A stretch of DNA of 64,000 nucleotides, taken from Myxococcota bacterium (GTDB taxonomy: Bacteria; Myxococcota_A; UBA796; UBA2385). The stretch lies in the NCBI GenBank assembly GCA_044344255.1, contig JBIJDH010000002.1, forward strand, positions 263,893-327,892, written 5' to 3'. The notes under the pieces were generated by a model that did no database searches, was not told where the DNA came from, and saw only the letters and a list, made by a program, of their open reading frames with translations. Below are positions 40,746 through 48,342 of the stretch, one piece after another; the stretch's first letter is position 1; the number at the start of each line of letters is the position of its first letter. The position numbers and the translations under genes are program-made.

Positions 40746-42322
40746 ACGATCCACAGCCTCCAAGGGGCTCCCGCCTCTTTCACGCAGATCCGGGCCTCCT
40801 CCTGCTCGACGAAGACGTCACGATGGGGTCGATGGGCGCCGCGGACGATCCGTTCGCGGCCGAGCCGATCCTGAACGGGAGCTGGTCGGCCGCTGGGGAG
40901 CGGCTTCGCGTGCACCGCGAGCCGCTGCGCGTGGTGGTGGGCGCCAACGCGGAGGGTGGGCGGCCCGCGGCACAGGCGGGAGAGCCGCTGCGCGTGGGCC
41001 CAGCCGCGCACGGCTCCCTCGATCCGATCGCCGTTCGCCTGGAGAGCGCGCCCACGAACCCCTCGTTCGGGGAGGCCGGCACGGCTCGACGCGCCGCTGA
41101 CTGGGCTCGCTCGACGTCTCCATCCTCGGCTGCGCCGCACGCCCTGGCGCGGAGCCCTGTCTGGGACGCCTCCGCTCTGGGCGATGAGGAGGAGAGCGAG
41201 AACGAGCCGGTGGAGGGCCCCCATGTCATTGACGACGTCTCGGGCGAGATCGTCTCCCCGCTCCGCTTCGGCATTCGGCCCGACCTCCGCGCCGCGCCGC
41301 GGCCGCCCACCTCCGTTCGGGTCCCCTGGCGGAGCTCGTCGGGAGATCAGGAGATCGAGGGGGAAGAAGAGGCGTCGGGGGAGGTCCTTCCCGTCCGACG
41401 CTCGCCCCACGACGCCGGAGCGTCGGGCGAGGCGGGCGCTGAGGACGCTGAGGACGCTGAGGACGCTGAGGGCGCTGAGGGCGCTGGCGCCGAGTCTTTG
41501 CAGGTCCCCGCCTTTGGTTCCCACGAAAATGATTCGCTTGATCCTGGCGCTCCGCCGGCTTGGGGGGCCCAGCTGGAGCCCCTGCCTTGGGAGTCGGGCG
41601 AGGCTGGGGCCGACGCTTGGGGCGAGAAGCTCCCTTTGGAGCAGGACCTCGAGGGTGAGGATCCCACGGGTCAGATCGCCGGTGGCTCGCCAGCCGGGGA
41701 GCGAGGGGCCGCCGCTCAGCCGGCCGCTCGCAGCGCCGGGGGGCTGCCTCCGCTCGCCCAGGTTGGGATGGGGGCGCTCCTTGTCCTCCTCGTCGCGGTC
41801 GTGGTGGTCCAGCTGATCGAGCCCCCCGAAGGGCGCGCCGGTCGCGGGGGCGCGGCCCGGCATCGTACGGCGTTGACCGGGGATGAGGCATCCGGCGCTT
41901 ATGCCGTGGATGGCTCGGCCCCGGTCGCGGGTGCCGACGGAGGGGTGGCCAAGGCCGATGTCGATGCTGACGCCAATGGCGAGGTCGATGCCGAAGCCAA
42001 GGTCGATGTGAACGCAGGCGGCGCGCCCGAGCCGCAGGGATCGGTCTCGGAGTGGCTGCCCTCCGACGACGCCAGTCGTCGCCAACGCCTCTCAAACCTC
42101 GATCACCAAGGCCTGCTCGAAATTGTCACCGATCGTCCGGCGCGTGTCTGGGTGGGAGACCGCGAGATCGGCACCACGCCCCTCTCTCCGGTGGCCCTCC
42201 CGCAGGGCACCTACGACGTGAAGGTGATGCCGGTTGGCGGCGGGCGCGCCGTCTTCGAGGGCCGGGTTCGGGTGGATGCGAGTCGTGTGCGGCAGATCAA
42301 TTTTGAGATCGCTGAACGCTGA
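40742..42322 (+). CDS. PEGA-domain membrane protein with acidic low-complexity region
   Basis: Single TM (GALLVLLVAVVVVQLI) and C-terminal PEGA-like domain (..RVWVGDREIGTTPLSPVALPQGTYDVKVMP..). Acidic AEDAEDAEDAEGAEG repeat encoded by 9-bp tandem repeats. Confidence 0.65.
   Translation: MNDPQPPRGSRLFHADPGLLLLDEDVTMGSMGAADDPFAAEPILNGSWSAAGERLRVHREPLRVVVGANAEGGRPAAQAGEPLRVGPAAHGSLDPIAVRLESAPTNPSFGEAGTARRAADWARSTSPSSAAPHALARSPVWDASALGDEEESENEPVEGPHVIDDVSGEIVSPLRFGIRPDLRAAPRPPTSVRVPWRSSSGDQEIEGEEEASGEVLPVRRSPHDAGASGEAGAEDAEDAEDAEGAEGAGAESLQVPAFGSHENDSLDPGAPPAWGAQLEPLPWESGEAGADAWGEKLPLEQDLEGEDPTGQIAGGSPAGERGAAAQPAARSAGGLPPLAQVGMGALLVLLVAVVVVQLIEPPEGRAGRGGAARHRTALTGDEASGAYAVDGSAPVAGADGGVAKADVDADANGEVDAEAKVDVNAGGAPEPQGSVSEWLPSDDASRRQRLSNLDHQGLLEIVTDRPARVWVGDREIGTTPLSPVALPQGTYDVKVMPVGGGRAVFEGRVRVDASRVRQINFEIAER
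41438..41482 (+). repeat. (GCTGAGGAC)x3 + (GCTGAGGGC)x2 9-bp tandem repeat encoding AEDAEDAEDAEGAEG
   Basis: Read directly. Confidence 0.85.
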
Positions 42323-42405
42323 GGCTTGTTCGGCGCTCGGCCACTGCGTCCCCGTCGCGGTAATATGGCCCTCCGACTCCTCTTCGACTCCTGCCCGGAT
42401 CGCCG

Positions 42406-43392
42406 ATGGCCCCGCAGCGAACTGCCTCCCTCCTCGGCCGCGCTACCTCGTTGCGCGACACCGCGTGGAGGTGGCTCCCCGCCGTGGTCGGAGTGCTGGT
42501 CTCCCCGTTCGGACTGGTCTCCAGCGTGTGGGCCGGGTGGTATCCAGCGCCGGCGGAGCTCCGCCCGCCTTCGCCCCGGTTGGTCGCCGAGGACGTAGCG
42601 GACGCGCTCTCCTTTGGCCCCTGCGTGGACGACCCTGTCGCGTTCGGCCGAAGAGATGGCCCCTGTGCGGATCAGCGCACCATCTTTGTCGATTTCGAGG
42701 CGCTGTCCCTCGACGCGCGTCGCGGCGGCGAGTGGATCTCGTACGACTTCGCCTCCGTCATCCGTCCGCTCCGCGCCGCGGAGCTGGCTGATGAGGGTGA
42801 GCTGTCCCTCGCGGTTCGGCTCGTCGTGAGCGAGGTCGGCGCCGACCGCCTGCTGAAGAACCAGTACGGGCTCGCTGAGGCCGTGGGCATCCTCTACACC
42901 GTCGAGAACCGGATGACGGACCCGGTGCAGAACCCGGAGAACGTCGATCGTGCCCCTGACTTTCCGGGCTGCGGCCCAAGAGGGGGCTTCTGGGCCTGCG
43001 CGAACGCTGAGCAGTACCTTGGCATGGCCACTTGGCGGGCCCTCGATCCGGGCTCCCGATATCGTCCCGAGCTGCTGGAGCGGGCTGTGGACGTGGCCGT
43101 GCTCGCCTGGTACCTGCAGCGGCGGGGCTTCGTCCCCGACATCACCGAGGGCGCCACCAACTATGTCCATCGGTGCGGTGGCGCTGCATACGGTGAGCCC
43201 ACCTGGCGCTGCGACGGCCACGTCGGTCGGCCTCGCTGGGACGACATCCGGGGGGCCGATCCGCACACCGGGCCCCTCGTCTTCAAGGCGCCGACGGTCT
43301 ATCAGGACCGGCACGGCTTCTACGGCCTCCGGGAGTCCATGGTGGTGGACTATGAGCCCGTCCCCGTGGCGGTCTCCGACGCCAGCGAGTGA
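42406..43392 (+). CDS. cell wall hydrolase (SleB/Hydrolase_2 family)
   Basis: ..LLKNQYGLAEAVGILYTVENRM.. and ..YLQRRGFVPDITEGATNYVHRCGG.. match the cortex-lytic/cell-wall hydrolase family pattern. Confidence 0.7.
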   Translation: MAPQRTASLLGRATSLRDTAWRWLPAVVGVLVSPFGLVSSVWAGWYPAPAELRPPSPRLVAEDVADALSFGPCVDDPVAFGRRDGPCADQRTIFVDFEALSLDARRGGEWISYDFASVIRPLRAAELADEGELSLAVRLVVSEVGADRLLKNQYGLAEAVGILYTVENRMTDPVQNPENVDRAPDFPGCGPRGGFWACANAEQYLGMATWRALDPGSRYRPELLERAVDVAVLAWYLQRRGFVPDITEGATNYVHRCGGAAYGEPTWRCDGHVGRPRWDDIRGADPHTGPLVFKAPTVYQDRHGFYGLRESMVVDYEPVPVAVSDASE

Positions 43393-43432
43393 GCGCCGCG
43401 GGGCCCTGAAGTAGCCGGCAGTGGCTGGCCGC

Positions 43433-44848
43433 TCAAGGTCCGGACTTCTTGGCCTTGGTCGCCGCGAGGTTGGAGCGCGCCCGCGCGGTGGTCTCGGCCA
43501 GGGTGCTCCCCAATCGCCGGAGGTCGGCCTCGGGCACGTCGCGGGGATCGATCGCGTAGAGGTTTGGCATGCCAGCCTTGCCCTTGACGGGGATCGGCGG
43601 CAACCGACGGGCGGGGATGGCGTCGCCCAGGGCGTTGAAGGTCGGCTCGCTCACGATGATGCTGGTGCCCACGGAGCGGTTGAGCGACTCCAGGCGGGCG
43701 GCGAAGTTGACGGTGTCACCGATGCAGGTGAACTCCATCCGCTCGAGCGAGCCGATGTTGCCGGCCACCACGGGCCCAGTGGCGATGCCGACGCCGATGT
43801 TCAGCGGGGGGCGGCCGCTCTCCTCGGTGCCCATGCGGGCGTTCAGGGCCTCGACCGCGCGGATCATCTCCAGCGCGACGACGACCGCGCGGAGCTCCTG
43901 CTGCTCCAGGTCGAAGGGGACCCCGAAGACCGCCATGAGCCCGTCGCCCAGGAATTTGTCCAAGGTCCCCCCGTAGCGGAAGACGATGGCCACCATCTCG
44001 GTGAAGTAATCGTTCAGCAGCTTCACGATCTCTTCGGGCTCGGTGGACTCGGCCAGCGGCGTGAAATTCCGGATGTCGGAGAAGAGGATGGTGGCGTGCC
44101 GCCGTGAGCCGCCGAGGCGGAAGCCGGCCTCGTCGGCGGTGACGAGCTCGGCGAGGTCAGGGGAGAGGTACTTGGCCAGCCGCTCTCGCTGACGCTCGAC
44201 CTCGGCGCGCTGCATGGACTCCTGCTCGGCCCGGACGAGGAGCCCCTTGGAAACGAAGGCGATGACGCCGGCGAGGAGCGCGGGCAGGGTCAGGAAGGCG
44301 ATTCGCATCAGCTCGTCGCCAATGTTGATCTCGTTCTTTCCGTAGACAGAGACGGGGCTCACGGGGATGAGATGGCCGACCACCACGTAGGCAAGCACGC
44401 CCGATCCGAGGATCACCGTCACCAACGCGGAGTACATACAGGCGGGTACGCTGTACCGGAGACCCGACATCACGTTGAACAGAACGAGGGCCAAGGGGAA
44501 GAACGACTGATAGTACTCGATGGCGCCGGCGTGATTGGCCTCTGCAGCGAAGATCGCGGCGTGAAAGGTGGCCAAATCGACGAAGATGCTCACGTACTTC
44601 AGCCAGCCCATGTACTCGTCGCGGTGAGCGCGAAAATAGGCAAGCAACGCGACGCTGTACAAGACGAGGACAGAGGACTGCCCAATGAAGACCAAGTTGG
44701 CGAAGAGGGTGTTGATGCCCCACATCGTCGCAACCATTCCACCGGTGAGAATGCCGAGCACGAGGCGAATCCAGGCGACCTGGCGTTCGCCTCGCATCTC
44801 CGCGCTCCGGAGAATTTCCTGAATCTGATCGAGATTGTTCACACGCAT
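43433..44848 (-). CDS. membrane-bound class III adenylate/guanylate cyclase
   Basis: About 6 N-terminal TM helices, then a CHD catalytic domain (..ATILFSDIRNFTPLAE.., ..FLGDGLMAVFG.., ..TCIGDTVNFAARLE..). Confidence 0.9.
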   Translation of the reverse strand: MRVNNLDQIQEILRSAEMRGERQVAWIRLVLGILTGGMVATMWGINTLFANLVFIGQSSVLVLYSVALLAYFRAHRDEYMGWLKYVSIFVDLATFHAAIFAAEANHAGAIEYYQSFFPLALVLFNVMSGLRYSVPACMYSALVTVILGSGVLAYVVVGHLIPVSPVSVYGKNEINIGDELMRIAFLTLPALLAGVIAFVSKGLLVRAEQESMQRAEVERQRERLAKYLSPDLAELVTADEAGFRLGGSRRHATILFSDIRNFTPLAESTEPEEIVKLLNDYFTEMVAIVFRYGGTLDKFLGDGLMAVFGVPFDLEQQELRAVVVALEMIRAVEALNARMGTEESGRPPLNIGVGIATGPVVAGNIGSLERMEFTCIGDTVNFAARLESLNRSVGTSIIVSEPTFNALGDAIPARRLPPIPVKGKAGMPNLYAIDPRDVPEADLRRLGSTLAETTARARSNLAATKAKKSGP

Positions 44849-46515
44849 GGGGGGAGTGGCTTCTCCGGTGCTGGCAGCGGTCGGAGGCTCATGGCTCGGA
44901 CGCAGAGGGCGGTGGTGACCTCAACGCTCCGATAGTACACGATATTATCCAAGGACTTCCCTGGCATCCGGTAGAAGTCTTCGGCCGCCCAGGAGCCGTC
45001 TGGGTGCTGTGCGCCAGAGAGGTATCTCCGCGCGGCTCCCGCCACCAGGGCTGCCGTGGGGTCCGAAGCCAGCGACTCCAGGGCGAAGGCCGTCTTCATC
45101 GGTGATCCGAAGCTGCCGTCGGCGCGCTGCTCCTTCGCCCACGCCTCCCGGTCGAGCTGACGCCGGGCGGTGACCGCGGCCTCGAGCTCGGGGGTGACCA
45201 GCCCGGCGGGGAGCCGATCGACCACACGATGGAAGATCAGTCGGGCGTACGGCGCCGAGTAGAAGAGGTCTCCGTGCTCCGGCTCGTCATCGAATTGCCG
45301 AAGCAGGAGGGCGAGGTTGGCCTCGATGAGCCGCGCGTGTCCGGGCGGGTCCCAGGCCAGCAGGCCGAGGAGGAGGTGCCCCCGGACCGTCGCGCAGCGA
45401 TCGAAGGGCCAGCTTCGAATTGGCTCGTCGAGCGTCGGCCGACCGTCCGGCCAGCGGGTGAACCAGACGGGCGTGGCCCCTGCGGGATCGACGTTCGGCG
45501 CCAGCAGCCGCAGCCAACCCTCGACGCGCGCCGTCGGCCGATCGGGCAGCAGGGCCGCGACGGACAGCATCATCCCGAGAGAGTCGGCGTCGGGTGGAAT
45601 GCCCTGCCAGGAGCCGTACCAGCGCAGGTTGTCGGGCTCAGCGGCCTCGAAGGCGCGGAGGAGGCTGGCGGGGCGACGGGCGCCTGCCTCCCAAAGGGCG
45701 AGGAGCACGAGCGAGGCGGGGAAGATCTGCTCCACAAGCGGCTCGTCGTGGAGGCCGAGACCCCAACGCTGCACCTCCCAGGCGCCGGTGAGCATGGGGT
45801 CGCGGTCGAGGAAGGCGATGGCCTCCTCGATGTCGCGCCGAAGGTCGCCCGATGTGGGCTCTCGACGAGGCGGCCGCCAGAGGCAGGCGAGGGCGTGGAG
45901 AGCTGCGATGGTTTCGACGCGGTCGAGGGCCGCGCGCACCTCTTCCGCCCAGCGGCGGAGGGGGGGGGCCCAAGCTGCATCAAAGGGGAGGTTGAGCAGC
46001 CCCAAGATCGAAGGCTCGAGCGCAGCTCGCAGCTCAGCGCGACCGGCGGCGAGGAGGCCTCGGAGAGCGTACACGGCCGTGGCGGAGGTCCGCTCGTCGG
46101 AGAGGCGACCCCGCAGCGCAGGCCAGATCGAAGTGCCCTTAAGGAGGAGCAGAAGTGAACGAGCGGCAGGGGACAGGAGGTCGGGCGGAGTTGGGCTCCA
46201 CCACTGATCCCACCAGGCACGGCCAATATCGTCGAGGCGCGCGGCCACCTCCAGCCAAGACAGCGCCGCGTCCAGGTCGTCGTCGTCGCGGCCCTCACCG
46301 TCCGTCGGCAGGAGCTGGAGGCCAAAGTTGATCAGGGCCCGCCGTTCACCAGCGGCCCCCATGGCCGACGCGGCTCGGAGCAGGCCCCGGAGAGCAGGCC
46401 TCCGTGCGAGCAGCTCGACCCAGGCATCCGCGGCGCGGAGGGGATCGGCGTCCACGAGACCGGACGTGGGATCCGCGGGAACGTAGGGCGTTCTGAGCGG
46501 TGGGCTCCCCACCAC
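44839..46515 (-). CDS. prenyltransferase/squalene-oxidase (alpha/alpha-toroid) repeat protein
   Basis: 558 aa with QW-like repeats (..AKEQRADGSFGSP.., ..GAQHPDGSWAAEDFY..). Overlaps the cyclase gene by 10 nt. Start is 50 bp downstream of the small peptide gene. Confidence 0.65.
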   Translation of the reverse strand: MVGSPPLRTPYVPADPTSGLVDADPLRAADAWVELLARRPALRGLLRAASAMGAAGERRALINFGLQLLPTDGEGRDDDDLDAALSWLEVAARLDDIGRAWWDQWWSPTPPDLLSPAARSLLLLLKGTSIWPALRGRLSDERTSATAVYALRGLLAAGRAELRAALEPSILGLLNLPFDAAWAPPLRRWAEEVRAALDRVETIAALHALACLWRPPRREPTSGDLRRDIEEAIAFLDRDPMLTGAWEVQRWGLGLHDEPLVEQIFPASLVLLALWEAGARRPASLLRAFEAAEPDNLRWYGSWQGIPPDADSLGMMLSVAALLPDRPTARVEGWLRLLAPNVDPAGATPVWFTRWPDGRPTLDEPIRSWPFDRCATVRGHLLLGLLAWDPPGHARLIEANLALLLRQFDDEPEHGDLFYSAPYARLIFHRVVDRLPAGLVTPELEAAVTARRQLDREAWAKEQRADGSFGSPMKTAFALESLASDPTAALVAGAARRYLSGAQHPDGSWAAEDFYRMPGKSLDNIVYYRSVEVTTALCVRAMSLRPLPAPEKPLPPCV

Positions 46516-46565
46516 GACCAGCTTTGGCCAGTCGGGCGGGGAGCCGTCTCGCTCCGGGGATCGGC

Positions 46566-46796
46566 TCAGCTCGCGGCTCGCCGGTCAGCGAAGGCAGCGT
46601 CGAGGTTCGCGGCGGCGGCTTCGGCAGCAGCGGGATCCATGCCCTTGAGCTGCCCCATGATCTCGGGGCTCACCTCGTAGCCCTCGGCGGCGATCGTCGC
46701 CTCGGGGTCCGTCAAGAGGCGGCGTCGGAAGTCGGGATCGATCACCGCGCGACCGATCAGCGAATCAGTACCCTTCTCAGAGGAATTCTTACCCAT
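46566..46796 (-). CDS. small helical peptide, NHLP/Nif11-leader-like (76 aa)
   Basis: MGKNSSEKGTDSLIGRAVIDPDFRRRLLTDPEATIAAEGYEVSPEIMGQ.. parallels the LI-K-A--D--F---LL--P-A-I--E-G---PE helix pattern of NHLP/Nif11-type leader peptides. First 11 codons are unusually low-GC. Reading frame is open and GC3-rich thereafter. Confidence 0.5.
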   Translation of the reverse strand: MGKNSSEKGTDSLIGRAVIDPDFRRRLLTDPEATIAAEGYEVSPEIMGQLKGMDPAAAEAAAANLDAAFADRRAAS

Positions 46797-47109
46797 GTCT
46801 CAAGTCCATTGGTGTTTTGGGTTTGGGTTGGCTGCTGTCGGGAGCTGGGAGCGGGGCGCGATCCGTGCAGGGTGATGAGCCGGATCCCTCAAAGGGTGCC
46901 GGGCGGCTTGCAAGGGACCACGATTCTGGTAAGGTCGCGCAATTAGGCGGCTTATCGAGACAGACCGGCTCGGGTGCCTCGGCCAAGCGACTGCGATTTG
47001 TGGGTCACCCGAGGGGGGGGGCGGTTGACCGCCGCCCACGGTTGAGGAGGGTCACTTTTCCTGCTAACGTGAAGTTTTAGCAACGCCCAATGCAAGGTTC
47101 GAGGATCTC
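46797..47109. promoter_or_regulatory. 313-bp divergent intergenic region between the leader-like peptide gene and the RRE-M50 gene
   Basis: Contains a G9 run followed by the near-palindrome GGCGGTTGACCGCC, an AT-richer segment (cttttcctgctaacgtgaagttttagcaacgcccaatgcaagg) with GCTAA/TTAGC inverted repeat, and the motif CTGGTAAGGTCGCG. Confidence 0.4.
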
Positions 47110-48342
47110 GTGCAACCCAATGAGCGCCCCGCGCGCGCCGGGCTCCAGCTGTTGATCCGCAAGTCGGACGACGCGGGGGCGGGCTACGAGATCCGAACCG
47201 TACACAGTAGTCAGGCGTTTCTGCGAATGCGCCCAGTAAGGGCAGCGATCCGTGCGGTAGAAGAGAACGTCGTCGACGAGGCGGCGGGGAAGGTGCACGT
47301 CCTCCGGCTGGAGGGTGCAGGCTTGGTCACGGCGCAATACTTGAGGTTGAACGAGCGGGAGCGCTTTATCTGGCAGCACGTGGATGGTGACCACACCATC
47401 CAGGACATCGCCGCTGCGCTCTTCTTTCGGTTTGGTTCACTGGACGTGCGGGACATACGTAGCTTCCTCCATCGTGCCCGACAGGCTGGGCTGATCGCGA
47501 TGCAGGCGGAGACCCCTCTTCGGCAGCGTGCGGTGGCTCGGGGGGGAGCGTTGGGCCGGCTCTTGGACCGCCTCCCTCGGCTGGAGCGGCGCTGGCGCGA
47601 TGTGGACGCCGGTTTCGCCCGCGCTCACGTCCTCTTCGGGTGGCTGCTGTCTCGACCCGCGAACGTGCTCTTGGCGGTGCTCGCCGGTGCGGGAGCGGCC
47701 GTCTATGCCCGTTATCGATTCTCTGGACAGCTGGGTGAGGCGGCCTGGCCATTCTTTGTCGATATCGCCCTTTGGATTGTGATCCTCCTGACCTCCATGG
47801 CCCTCCACGAGCTGGCCCACGGTCTGCTCACCAAAGCACATGGACGGAAGGTGAAGGCCGTTGGTATGGAGCTCCTTGACTCGATCGTTCCGAGTTTCTA
47901 CGTAGACATCACCGACATGTGGATGTCCACTCAGCTTGGACGAATCGAGGTCACGCTCGCGGGTCCCTGTACCAACCTCCTCCTCGGTGGGCTGGCGGCC
48001 CTGACCGCGGGCGCCGCCCAGGCCTTGGGGGCCCCGGCCGCGCTCGGTGAGGTGCTCTCGCTGTGTGCGGACGCAAATTATGCACTTGCTATCTACACAC
48101 TTTGGCCGTTCTTCGGTCTTCGAGAAGACGGCTACGAGCTGCTGACCGACGTCCTCCGCGTGCCGGCGCTGCGGCCGCGGGCGGTGCACGTCCTCCGTGA
48201 GTGGGCCGATCGCAGCCTCCCGCGTGAGCCTGACCTCCATCTTCGAGGGGCGGCGGTGATCTACCTCGCGGGGGTGCTGGCCACCTGGATCGGGCTCCTG
48301 GTGGCGTTCCTCACCGTCGTCTCTCGGTTCGTCGGGGGCTGA
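47110..48342 (+). CDS. PqqD-like RiPP-recognition-element domain fused to site-2 protease (peptidase M50) membrane domain
   Basis: Residues ~75-140 (YLRLNERERFIWQHVDGDHTIQDIAAALFFRFGSLDVRDIRSFLHRARQAGLI) follow the PqqD consensus (LNE-t-a-iw-l-DG--t---I---l---f-----DV--FL). Downstream TM region carries HELAHG (HExxH) plus a ..PFFGLREDGYELL.. LDG-like motif, as in M50B proteases. Confidence 0.72.
   Translation: MQPNERPARAGLQLLIRKSDDAGAGYEIRTVHSSQAFLRMRPVRAAIRAVEENVVDEAAGKVHVLRLEGAGLVTAQYLRLNERERFIWQHVDGDHTIQDIAAALFFRFGSLDVRDIRSFLHRARQAGLIAMQAETPLRQRAVARGGALGRLLDRLPRLERRWRDVDAGFARAHVLFGWLLSRPANVLLAVLAGAGAAVYARYRFSGQLGEAAWPFFVDIALWIVILLTSMALHELAHGLLTKAHGRKVKAVGMELLDSIVPSFYVDITDMWMSTQLGRIEVTLAGPCTNLLLGGLAALTAGAAQALGAPAALGEVLSLCADANYALAIYTLWPFFGLREDGYELLTDVLRVPALRPRAVHVLREWADRSLPREPDLHLRGAAVIYLAGVLATWIGLLVAFLTVVSRFVGG

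Noticed and set aside
44839-46515. Possibility that the alpha/alpha-toroid protein is a LanC-like lanthionine cyclase
   Set aside because: The conserved LanC zinc ligands (WCxG, CHG motifs) are not visible and the candidate peptide has no Cys. The repeat pattern fits prenyltransferase/squalene-cyclase QW repeats better.
46817-47080. 87-aa plus-strand ORF inside the divergent intergenic region
   Set aside because: It spans the G-run and palindrome elements. The translation (..GLGWLLSGAGSGARSVQG..) lacks features and has poor codon periodicity, so it is more likely non-coding regulatory DNA.
47110-47550. N-terminal domain of the M50-like protein as a cyclic-nucleotide-binding domain (tempting given the adjacent adenylate cyclase)
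   Set aside because: No FGE..RTA-type phosphate-binding cassette. The segment instead follows the PqqD/RRE consensus closely.
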